A DNA stretch of 48,213 nucleotides from an uncultured Rhizobium sp. (GTDB lineage: Bacteria; Pseudomonadota; Alphaproteobacteria; SHVZ01). Of this stretch, positions 9,266 to 17,180 are shown in pieces; position 1 is the first letter of the stretch, and each line of letters opens with the position of its first letter. The stretch covers positions 1 through 48,213 of the forward strand of contig CAZZLX010000002.1 of NCBI GenBank assembly GCA_964655235.1, given 5' to 3'. The notes beneath the pieces are model-generated. The model searched no databases, was not told the origin of the DNA, and worked only from the letters and a program-made list of their open reading frames with translations. The translations under genes were made by a program, and so were the position numbers.

Positions 9266-10802
9266 TCCGAAGCTGGAAGCGGCGGTCGCGGCCTTGCATC
9301 AGCGGCAGGGACCGGCGGCGCTTCGGCTGATGCGCGGGCATCTGGCGACGATGCCGTATGACGGACAGGCGCTGCACCTTCTCGGGGTCGCGTGCAACGA
9401 GCTGGGCGCGAAAAGCGATGCGATCGACTGGCTCGGCCGGTGCATCGCGGTCCTGCCCGCGTCGCCTCTCCCCCTGGCAGCGCTCGCCGGCGTCCTCATC
9501 GATCGCGAGGAGATGCAGGCGGCCTTGCGCGCCTTGCGACGCGCCGTGTCATTGGCGCCGGCCGTCGACGTCTACCTGCTCTCGATTGCGGCGGCGCTCG
9601 CGAAGACGATGCCGGCCGCCGAAGCGCTCTGGCTCCGGCGGGCGCTTGCGATCGATATGCGAAACGGGGTAGCCCACGGCAACCTGGGCATCTGCCTCCG
9701 GCGCGAAGAGCGCCTCGATGAGGCAGGAGCGGAAAGTCGGAAGGCGCTCGCCTTCCTGCCGGCCCAGCCGGAAAGCCTCAACAACCTTGTGATCCTGGCG
9801 ATCCGCGACGGCAGGCTGGAAACAGCGGACGTCTGGTCGACGCGCGCTGTCGCGACCCGTCCCGGCTTCGCCGAAGCGACCTGGAACCGCGCGATAGCGC
9901 GCATGCTTGCCGGGAGGTTTCTGGAAGCGTGGGACGACTGGGAGACCCGCTTCGAGGTTCCCGGCGCGCAGAAGCACCGTCATCCCGCCGCCCGCAGATG
10001 GCGTGGCGAGGATCCAGCCGGAAAGACCGTTCTTCTGTTCGCCGAGCAGGGGCTCGGCGACACGATCCAGTTCAGCCGATATGCTCCGCTCGTCGCGGCG
10101 CGGGGCGCACGGGCGGTGCTTGCCGTGCAGGCAAGGCTCGTTCGCCTCCTGAAGACGCTGCCCGGCGTGGCGGACGTCGTTGCCGCGGATGTAAACGAGC
10201 CGGGTTACGACTGGAACTGCCCGTTGATGAGTCTCCCGGCAGTTTTCGGCACGACGCTGGGCTCCGTGCCTGCCGCCGTTCCCTACCTCGCTCCGCAGGA
10301 TTCCGGCCGGCTGGCCTGGAGGCGGCGTCTGGACGCGGGGCGGGCATTGCGCGTGGGCCTCTGCTGGCAGGGCAATCCGGCGAACGCGGACGATCGGAGA
10401 CGCTCGTTTCCCCTCGACGTTTTCGAGGGTCTTCGCGACATGCGGGACGTGCAGTTCGTCGCGATGAGGGTGACGGACGAGCCGATCCCCTCCGGCTGGC
10501 CGATGCTGGACGCGGCGCCATGGCAGCACGACATGGCGGACACCGCCGATCTCCTTGCCGAGCTCGACCTGCTGATCACCTGCGATACGGCAGTGGCCCA
10601 TCTTGCCGGCGCGCTCGGCCGGCCGGTCTGGACGATGCTCGCACATGCCGCGGACTGGCGATGGCTGCAGAAGCGCGAAGACACGCCCTGGTATCCTACG
10701 ATGAGGCTTTTCCGGCAGCCCCGTGCCGGCGACTGGACCTCCGTTGCCGAGGAGGTGAAGCAGGCACTTGCCGCAAGGACGACGAGGTTCGCGCATTCAT
10801 GA
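9258..10802 (+). CDS. TPR-repeat protein fused to a GT9 (heptosyltransferase-like) domain
   Basis: TTG start overlaps the upstream stop (TTGCTTGA). Blocks seen: AEQGLGDTIQFSRYAP, VGLCWQGNP, MADTADLLAELDLLITCDTAVAHLAGALGRPVW, and RWLQKREDTPWYPTMRLFRQ. Confidence 0.8.
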   Translation: MLDPKLEAAVAALHQRQGPAALRLMRGHLATMPYDGQALHLLGVACNELGAKSDAIDWLGRCIAVLPASPLPLAALAGVLIDREEMQAALRALRRAVSLAPAVDVYLLSIAAALAKTMPAAEALWLRRALAIDMRNGVAHGNLGICLRREERLDEAGAESRKALAFLPAQPESLNNLVILAIRDGRLETADVWSTRAVATRPGFAEATWNRAIARMLAGRFLEAWDDWETRFEVPGAQKHRHPAARRWRGEDPAGKTVLLFAEQGLGDTIQFSRYAPLVAARGARAVLAVQARLVRLLKTLPGVADVVAADVNEPGYDWNCPLMSLPAVFGTTLGSVPAAVPYLAPQDSGRLAWRRRLDAGRALRVGLCWQGNPANADDRRRSFPLDVFEGLRDMRDVQFVAMRVTDEPIPSGWPMLDAAPWQHDMADTADLLAELDLLITCDTAVAHLAGALGRPVWTMLAHAADWRWLQKREDTPWYPTMRLFRQPRAGDWTSVAEEVKQALAARTTRFAHS

Positions 10803-12487
10803 GCACGGTCATCGATCCATTTCTCGAGGCGGAGCGGTACCACCGCAACGGCGATATCGCTGGCGCCGAAGCATGGGCGCGGCGCGCGCTGGCACAGTCT
10901 CCGCAAGAGCCGGCCATTCTCAACCTGATGGCGGTGCTGGCCGATCAACGGTTCGATCTCCTCGCCGCGACAACCGCCTATGGCCGCGCCCTGGCGCGCG
11001 ATGCCTACAACCTCATGATCTTCGGCAATCTCGCCGGCACGCTGTCCCGCTACGGTCTCGTAGAGCCCGCGGTGCGCATCGGCCGCCGAACCCTGGCGCT
11101 TTCCCCCGCAGACCAGACGGCCCTCAACAACACCGCACAGGCCCTCAAGGCAGGCGGCTTCGTCAAGGAGTCGATTTCCTGCTACCGGCGCGCCATCGCG
11201 ATCGCTCCTTCGGGTCCGCTGCACAGCAATCTCATCTTCACGATGAGCTACGACGACGAGGTTACGAGCGATGCCCTGTTCGCCGAGTATCGGCGGTGGG
11301 AGGATATCTACGCCCGGCCGCACTATCGGCCCGGCCGACGTCACACCAATCCCGCCGACCCCGATCGGCGGATCGTCGTCGGATATGTTTCTCAGGACTT
11401 TCGCGACCATCCGCTCGGACGAATCCTGGTCGAGCTGATCGAGAACCATGATCCGGGGCGCGTGCAGGTCAACGCGTATGCCTCGATCCGATACTCCGAC
11501 GAGCTGGCGGAACGCTGTCGTCGCCGCAGCGGCGTATGGCGGCAAGTCACCGGACTTTCGGACGCCGACCTCGCCGAGCAGATCCGCGCGGATGGCGTGG
11601 ATATCCTTGTCGTCGTCGGCGGCCACAGTGCACACAACCGCCTGCTGGTGACGGCGCATCGGCCGGCACCGATCCAGGTGAGCCTGGATGACGTCTCGAC
11701 GAGCGGTCTCGAGGTGGTCGACTACTGGATCTCGGATCCTCTGCTGCACCCGATTGACGGCGAAGGCTGGAGCGAGCGGTTCACTGAAACCGTCTTGCGC
11801 CTACCGTGCTTCTTCCTTCAGCCGCCCGATGATCTGGCGCCGCCGGTTCAGGCGCTGCCCGCACTGAAGGCGGGTCGCGTCACCTTCGGCTCCTTCAGCA
11901 ACCCGGCCAAGCTGACGCCGACCACGATCGCGGCGTGGAGCGCGGCGATGCGGACGGTGCCGGGCTCGCGGGTCGGCCTGAAGTACGTCGACTGGTATGC
12001 CGATGCGTCGGTGCAGCGGCGCGTTGTCGGCATGTTCGCGGCCGAGGGCGTGAGCGCCGACCGTATCGTGTTCGGTGGCGGCGACCATACGCGCGCCGAG
12101 CAGCTCGCACTCTGGAACGACATCGACATTGCGCTGGATCCCTTCCCGTTCGGCGGTTGGACTTCCAGCTTCGAGGCGCTGTGGATGGGCGTCCCGGTGA
12201 TCACTCTGTTGGGCGAGCGCTTTGCGGGCCGCGTCGGGTACGCGGTGATGGATCGCCTCGGCCTCGGAAATTACGTCGCGCGGTCGCCGGCCGAGTTCGG
12301 AGCCATCGCCGCTGCCGTCACGCAAGACCTCGGAGCGTTGGCCAGGGTGAGGGCCGAGCTTCGGGAGAGGCTGCGCCGGTCTCCGCTTTGCGACGGCAAG
12401 GTGCAGGCCGGCTATTTCGAGGATGCCTATCGTGAGGTCTGGCGGCGATGGTGCCGCGCGCAAGCGGAGGTCCAGGCGTCTCGATAG
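10799..12487 (+). CDS. TPR-repeat protein fused to a GT41 (OGT/FlmG-like) glycosyltransferase domain
   Basis: I start it at ATG 10799 (MSTVIDPFLEAERYH), which overlaps the upstream TGA as ATGA. The 290-aa Arg-rich extension in the listed ORF from 9929 lies inside the preceding gene. Blocks seen: RRIVVGYVSQDFRDHPLG, VDILVVVGGHS, PAPIQVS, VTFGSFSNPAKL, and LDPFPFGGWTSSFEALWMGVPVITL. Confidence 0.85.
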   Translation: MSTVIDPFLEAERYHRNGDIAGAEAWARRALAQSPQEPAILNLMAVLADQRFDLLAATTAYGRALARDAYNLMIFGNLAGTLSRYGLVEPAVRIGRRTLALSPADQTALNNTAQALKAGGFVKESISCYRRAIAIAPSGPLHSNLIFTMSYDDEVTSDALFAEYRRWEDIYARPHYRPGRRHTNPADPDRRIVVGYVSQDFRDHPLGRILVELIENHDPGRVQVNAYASIRYSDELAERCRRRSGVWRQVTGLSDADLAEQIRADGVDILVVVGGHSAHNRLLVTAHRPAPIQVSLDDVSTSGLEVVDYWISDPLLHPIDGEGWSERFTETVLRLPCFFLQPPDDLAPPVQALPALKAGRVTFGSFSNPAKLTPTTIAAWSAAMRTVPGSRVGLKYVDWYADASVQRRVVGMFAAEGVSADRIVFGGGDHTRAEQLALWNDIDIALDPFPFGGWTSSFEALWMGVPVITLLGERFAGRVGYAVMDRLGLGNYVARSPAEFGAIAAAVTQDLGALARVRAELRERLRRSPLCDGKVQAGYFEDAYREVWRRWCRAQAEVQASR

Positions 12488-14262
12488 GCGTGCTCGACCG
12501 CAGCGGCATAGCTCCGGTCGTCCATTAGCGGCGATCCCGCGAGGCGAGGACGCAGGGTTTCCCGCATCTCCCGCAGGCGACCGACGTCGGTCGCCAGCCG
12601 GCATGCCGTCTCGACATACGCCGCGGGCGTCGGGGCGACCAGCTCCGTGGCGCCGGCATGACGCAGAAGCATCGCGCTGGTCCGTCCGACCATCCGATCG
12701 GCCGCCAGGGTCACGACCGGGATGCCCATCCAGAGAGCTTCGAAGCTGGCCGTCGCGCCGCCGAAGGGATGCGGGTCGAGGGCGATGTCCACCGCGCTTA
12801 GCGCCTGCAGATGCTCGTCCTTGGCGAGAGAGCCGGAGGCGAAGTCGACGCGATCGAGCGGGAGGCCATGGGCGTGCAGGCGCTGCTGCAGCACCGATCG
12901 CGTCGGCGCGTCGCCCGTCCGCCCGTGAAACTTGAGCCAGAGCCTTGCGTCAGGAACCCCTTCCAGGATGCGTGCCCACAGCGCCAGGGTCTGGTCCGAC
13001 CATTTCGCAGGATTGTTCGCCGAGCCGAAGGTGATGAAGCCGTTCCGCAGCGCGGGCGGCGGCTCACAAGGGATGGCGCGCGGCGACCCATACAGGATGA
13101 GAGTCGGGAGATGGTGGACCCGCTCGGCGAAATATTCGGGCGACCCTGCCGGATGCAGATCGCGATCCGAGAAGGTGACGACGCTGTCGGTGCCGGCAGA
13201 AGTGAGATCGTAGGCCGCGAATTGCAGGGGAGCCGCGTGCCTGAATGCGAGCGCCGGCCGGTTGCCTGAGAACCGCGCCGCGACATGGACCAGGATGTCG
13301 ATGCGGTCGGCTTCGATGAGATCGCAAAGCACGGTATCGCTGAGGCCGGTGACGTCGCGCCAGGCGCTGGCTGCCGTCCGGAATCGATCGGTGAGAGCAT
13401 CCGGACGGGCGACGGCGGCATAGAAATGGGCGGCCACCCGGTCGCGGTCATGGGCTTCGACCAGGCCGATGAGGTTATGGCCGACCGGATGGTCGTGGAG
13501 GTCCGAAGAGACATAGCCGACGCGAAGACGCCGCTCCGGCTGCGGATCATGGAGCATCGGCGACCGGATCTCAGCCTTGCGCGCGATCTCTGCATGACGA
13601 CGAACGGCCACGGCCAGCCGAGGTGCGGTCGCCGCATAGGAGGCGATCATGACCGCGAGGTTCGCGTACTCCGCGTGAGCAGGCGAAATGGCGAGCGCCC
13701 TCTCGACAAGAGCTGCCGCGGCGTTTGCGAAGCTCAGGGCCTGCTCGGCGCGGGCGGCCTCGACCAGGGCGTCCGGATCGCCGGGCGCCAAGCTTACGGC
13801 GCGACGCCCGGCGGCGCGCGCCTCAGCCAGGCGACCGCTCGCGCGCAGCAGCGAGGCGGCCACCCGACACACCTCGATCGAATAGGGAGCGAGCGCGGTG
13901 GCGCGCTCGATCGCGCGCCGATGCGCAGGCCCGAGAGCCAGGACGTGCTGGGCACGGGCGAGCGCCGCGTGCCGGGTCGCGTCCTGAGGATCCACGGCCA
14001 GGACGCGTCGAAGGCTGCGGCTCGCGGCGGCAAAGTCGCCGGTACGAAGCTCTACTGCCGCCGCTGCCTCCAGCAGCAAGCTTTGTCCCGGGGACAGGGC
14101 CACCGCCCGATCGATCCAGGGGCGGGAGCTCACCGGATTTCCGTCGTCGGCCAGGTGCGAGCCGAGAGCAATCAGGGCGGTGGCTTCGGCCGGCGCGAAC
14201 GCGATGGCAGCGCGGCACGCCAAAAGGTGCGCGCCTGTCGCGGATCGCGGGAGATTCACCAT
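12427..14262 (-). CDS. TPR-repeat protein fused to a GT41 (OGT/FlmG-like) glycosyltransferase domain
   Basis: Blocks seen: RRLRVGYVSSDLHDHPVGH, IDILVHVAARFSGNR, AAPLQFA, ITFGSANNPAKW, and LDPHPFGGATASFEALWMGIPVVTL. The 3' end overlaps the convergent gene by 61 nt. Confidence 0.85.
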   Translation of the reverse strand: MVNLPRSATGAHLLACRAAIAFAPAEATALIALGSHLADDGNPVSSRPWIDRAVALSPGQSLLLEAAAAVELRTGDFAAASRSLRRVLAVDPQDATRHAALARAQHVLALGPAHRRAIERATALAPYSIEVCRVAASLLRASGRLAEARAAGRRAVSLAPGDPDALVEAARAEQALSFANAAAALVERALAISPAHAEYANLAVMIASYAATAPRLAVAVRRHAEIARKAEIRSPMLHDPQPERRLRVGYVSSDLHDHPVGHNLIGLVEAHDRDRVAAHFYAAVARPDALTDRFRTAASAWRDVTGLSDTVLCDLIEADRIDILVHVAARFSGNRPALAFRHAAPLQFAAYDLTSAGTDSVVTFSDRDLHPAGSPEYFAERVHHLPTLILYGSPRAIPCEPPPALRNGFITFGSANNPAKWSDQTLALWARILEGVPDARLWLKFHGRTGDAPTRSVLQQRLHAHGLPLDRVDFASGSLAKDEHLQALSAVDIALDPHPFGGATASFEALWMGIPVVTLAADRMVGRTSAMLLRHAGATELVAPTPAAYVETACRLATDVGRLREMRETLRPRLAGSPLMDDRSYAAAVEHAYRDAWTSACARHHRRQTSR

Positions 14263-14384
14263 GGAGCAACGGCTTAGCTGCCGTACTCTCCAGGAACAAG
14301 CGGTATCGACCCTCCTCCCGAGGGCGTGCTACGAGCCGGGCCGGATCTCGCCGCGCATCAGACAACTCCGCATCGCCAGCTGGA

Positions 14385-16424
14385 ATGACCGTCGCCTCTC
14401 CTCTCGCGTCCGCTCTGGCACATCACCGTGAGGGGGACCTCGCCGGCGCGCGAGTCGCCTATCGCCAGGCGATCGCCCTCGGACCGGCGGACGTTGACGC
14501 GCTCAATGGGTGCGGCGCGAGGGACCTGGCTGCAGGTACGCCACGAGCCGCCATGCGACTGCTCGCCCGTGCCTCGGCGCTCTCTCCGGCCGACGTGCGC
14601 GTCGTGGTGAACCTCTGCCTTGCCGCCTCGGAGCTCGGAGCGGCGACGCCCGGGATGGCGGTGCGTGCCCTCGCGCTGGCGCCGGTCGTGCCGGCACTCA
14701 TGGACCTCCTGAGCATGGTCCGCGGCGCTGCGGCGGAAGAGATCAACTGGTTGAGACGCGCGATCGCGATCGAGCCGAGCGCGAGCCGCCTGCTGCAGCT
14801 CGGCCTGAGGCTCGCCCGGACCGACCGCGAGATGGGCGGCCGCATCTTGCGGCGAGCGGTCGCGCGCTTTCCGGCGGATGCAGACGTTCTCAACAGTGCC
14901 GGTTCCCTCCTCTACGAAGGCGGCCGCATCGCAGAGGGAGCCAAGCTCTTTCTTCGCGCCCTTGGATGCGGTCCGTTGCATGCGGCCGCCTGGTCGAACA
15001 TGGCACTCGCCTGCCACGATCTAGGACGGCTGGCGGTCGCGATCCGCGCGGCGCGGCGGGCGCTGGCGATCGAGCCGGCCCTAGACGACGCGCATGCCAA
15101 TCTCGCCAACGCGAGCCTCGAGGCGGTCTCGCCGTCTTCTGCTGTGGCGGCGCATCGGCGTGCCCGCGCGCTGTCGCCCGGGCGCTCGGCCTTCGTTTCG
15201 AACCTGCTCATGGCCCTGGCCTATGTGCCGGATGCCGCCGAGACTCAGGCAAACCTCGCCATGGCCTGGTGGCGCCGGGACTCGAGGCCAGGTGCTTCTC
15301 CAGTCGGAGCGCGCAAGGGTCGTCTCCGGGTCGGCTACGTCTCGACCTTCGCCCTCGCCTCGACGCGCCACCTCGGCCTCTCCGCCATCGCCCGCCATGA
15401 TCCGGCCGTGGTGGAAGTGTTCGCCTACGTCCAGTCGCGTCGAGGGACGCCAGCGGACATCGATCTCGGTCCGGCGCTCGAGGCTCGCCGGGAGTTGTCG
15501 GGCCTCGATGACGAAGCCGCGGCTCGCATGATCCAAGCCGACGGGATCGACGTTCTGGTCGATCTCTCCGGACACACACCGGGCAACAGGCTGGGGGTAT
15601 TCGCGCTCAGGCCAGCCCGGGTCCAGGCGACGTGGATCGAGAGCTTCTTCACCACCGGGCTCCCCGCGATCGACTGGTTCCTGACGGACGAAGGGCACTC
15701 GCCCGACGGAGTAGATCAGCATCTCGCGGAGCGGCCTTTCAGGCTGGATCGCCCCCGCTTCTGCTATGCTCCGCCGTCCGATGCACCGCCGATCGTGCCG
15801 CCGCCGAGTTCGCGCAACGGCTTCGTTCGCTTCGGCTGCTTCAACTACCCGCCGAAGATCGGCGATGAAGTGGTTGCGACCTGGGCCGGAATCTTGAAGG
15901 ACGTCCCGGGGTCGCGCCTTCGCCTGAAATGGTGGTCGATGACGGAGCCGGCAGTCGCCGCGATCATGAAGCGCCGGTTCGCGACGGCCGGCATCGCGGC
16001 GGAACGATTGGAGCTGGCCGGTGCGTCGGCGCACCGGGACATGCTGGCGGAGTACGGCGACATCGACGTCGCTCTCGACCCCTTTCCCTTCACTGGCGGC
16101 GTGACCACATGCGAGGCGTTGTGGATGGGTGTTCCCGTGGTCAGCCTGTGCGGCCGGTCGGTCATCGAACGGCAGTCCGCGGCATTGCTGCGATCGATCG
16201 GCGCAGGCGATCTCGTCGCCACGGACATCCACTCATATCGACGGATCGCCGCGAACCTGGCGACGGACGATGACGCACGAGCAAGGAGCCGTCTCGGATT
16301 GCGGGAGATGATGGCCGCGTCGCCCCTGACGGACGCCGGCGACATGGCGCGCAAGCTCGAGCACGCTTTTCGACGTATGGTCGCGTCGGCCGGAGAGAAA
16401 GCGGACGTGTCGGAGAAGTCATGA
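14385..16424 (+). CDS. TPR-repeat protein fused to a GT41 (OGT/FlmG-like) glycosyltransferase domain
   Basis: I start it at ATG 14385 (MTVASPLASALAHHREGDLAGA). The listed extension from 13725 is an Arg/Pro-rich shadow of the opposite-strand gene. Blocks seen: GRLRVGYVSTF, IDVLVDLSGHTPGNR, VRFGCFNYPPKI, and LDPFPFTGGVTTCEALWMGVPVVSL. Confidence 0.85.
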   Translation: MTVASPLASALAHHREGDLAGARVAYRQAIALGPADVDALNGCGARDLAAGTPRAAMRLLARASALSPADVRVVVNLCLAASELGAATPGMAVRALALAPVVPALMDLLSMVRGAAAEEINWLRRAIAIEPSASRLLQLGLRLARTDREMGGRILRRAVARFPADADVLNSAGSLLYEGGRIAEGAKLFLRALGCGPLHAAAWSNMALACHDLGRLAVAIRAARRALAIEPALDDAHANLANASLEAVSPSSAVAAHRRARALSPGRSAFVSNLLMALAYVPDAAETQANLAMAWWRRDSRPGASPVGARKGRLRVGYVSTFALASTRHLGLSAIARHDPAVVEVFAYVQSRRGTPADIDLGPALEARRELSGLDDEAAARMIQADGIDVLVDLSGHTPGNRLGVFALRPARVQATWIESFFTTGLPAIDWFLTDEGHSPDGVDQHLAERPFRLDRPRFCYAPPSDAPPIVPPPSSRNGFVRFGCFNYPPKIGDEVVATWAGILKDVPGSRLRLKWWSMTEPAVAAIMKRRFATAGIAAERLELAGASAHRDMLAEYGDIDVALDPFPFTGGVTTCEALWMGVPVVSLCGRSVIERQSAALLRSIGAGDLVATDIHSYRRIAANLATDDDARARSRLGLREMMAASPLTDAGDMARKLEHAFRRMVASAGEKADVSEKS

Positions 16425-16442
16425 ACGGCTGGGAGACGCAAG

Positions 16443-17156
16443 ATGAGTAGGTCCCGTCAGGCCCTTGTCGCCATCGCGTTATGGTGCGCGATGCTCATCG
16501 GGTCGCTGCCTCCGGCGATGGCCGCAGACGACCTCGCCCGAGCCACGGCCCTGATGCAGCGGAACGACTTCGCTGCCGCCATCCCGCTGCTGCGTCAGCT
16601 CGCGGACGAGGGCAACGGGGACGCCCAGGCGTATCTGGGAGGGATTTACCTGGCGGGGCTCGGCGGGCTGCCGCGCGATACGGCGCTCGCTGGGAAATGG
16701 CTCAGACATGCCGCCAGGCAGGGAAATGCGACCGCCGCCTTCAACCTCGGCCTGATGGCGGAGCGGGGCGAAGGCGGGCTCGCAGACTTCAGCGGCGCGA
16801 AGGCCTGGTACGAGCAAGCCGCGTACGGCGGATTCCCGATGGCCATGCTGAAGCTGGGCGAGGCGTATCGCAACGGGTCGGGGACGCCGATCGACCTCCA
16901 GCGGGCGAGGCAGTGGCTGCAATGGGCGGCCGAGGCCGGGCTGTCCGATGCTCAGAACCTTCTCGGCGTGATGATCGCGAAAGGTGAAACCTACGGGTCG
17001 CGGGTCGACGCATATGCCTGGTTCAAGATCGCCGCCCGGGAACGCCAGCCGGAGGCCGAAGGGAACATGGACCTGCTGCGCCCTGAGATGTCCGACCAGG
17101 AGATAGCGGAAGCCGATCGGCACGCCGACGTGTGGCTTCCGATGCATCAGCACTGA
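16443..17156 (+). CDS. Secreted Sel1-like repeat (SLR) protein
   Basis: N-terminal Sec-type signal peptide MSRSRQALVAIALWCAMLIGSLPPAMA|AD. It is followed by about five Sel1-type repeats: GDAQAYLGGIYLAGLG..D...A..W, GNATAAFNLGLMAERGEG, GFPMAMLKLGEAYRNGSG, and LSDAQNLLGVMIAKGE. Confidence 0.8.
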   Translation: MSRSRQALVAIALWCAMLIGSLPPAMAADDLARATALMQRNDFAAAIPLLRQLADEGNGDAQAYLGGIYLAGLGGLPRDTALAGKWLRHAARQGNATAAFNLGLMAERGEGGLADFSGAKAWYEQAAYGGFPMAMLKLGEAYRNGSGTPIDLQRARQWLQWAAEAGLSDAQNLLGVMIAKGETYGSRVDAYAWFKIAARERQPEAEGNMDLLRPEMSDQEIAEADRHADVWLPMHQH

Positions 17157-17180
17157 CTTGGCCCTCCTATCGGATATCGG

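Noticed and set aside
9929-10798. 290-codon N-terminal extension of the ORF listed as 9929-12487
   Set aside because: The extension is Arg/Gly/Ala-rich and lies entirely inside the preceding TPR-GT9 gene in another frame. The ATG at 10799 gives an ATGA-coupled start and a normal TPR N-terminus.
13725-14384. 220-codon N-terminal extension of the ORF listed as 13725-16424
   Set aside because: It is an Arg/Pro-rich shadow of the minus-strand GT41 gene. The ATG at 14385 leaves a sensible 122-nt divergent intergenic region.
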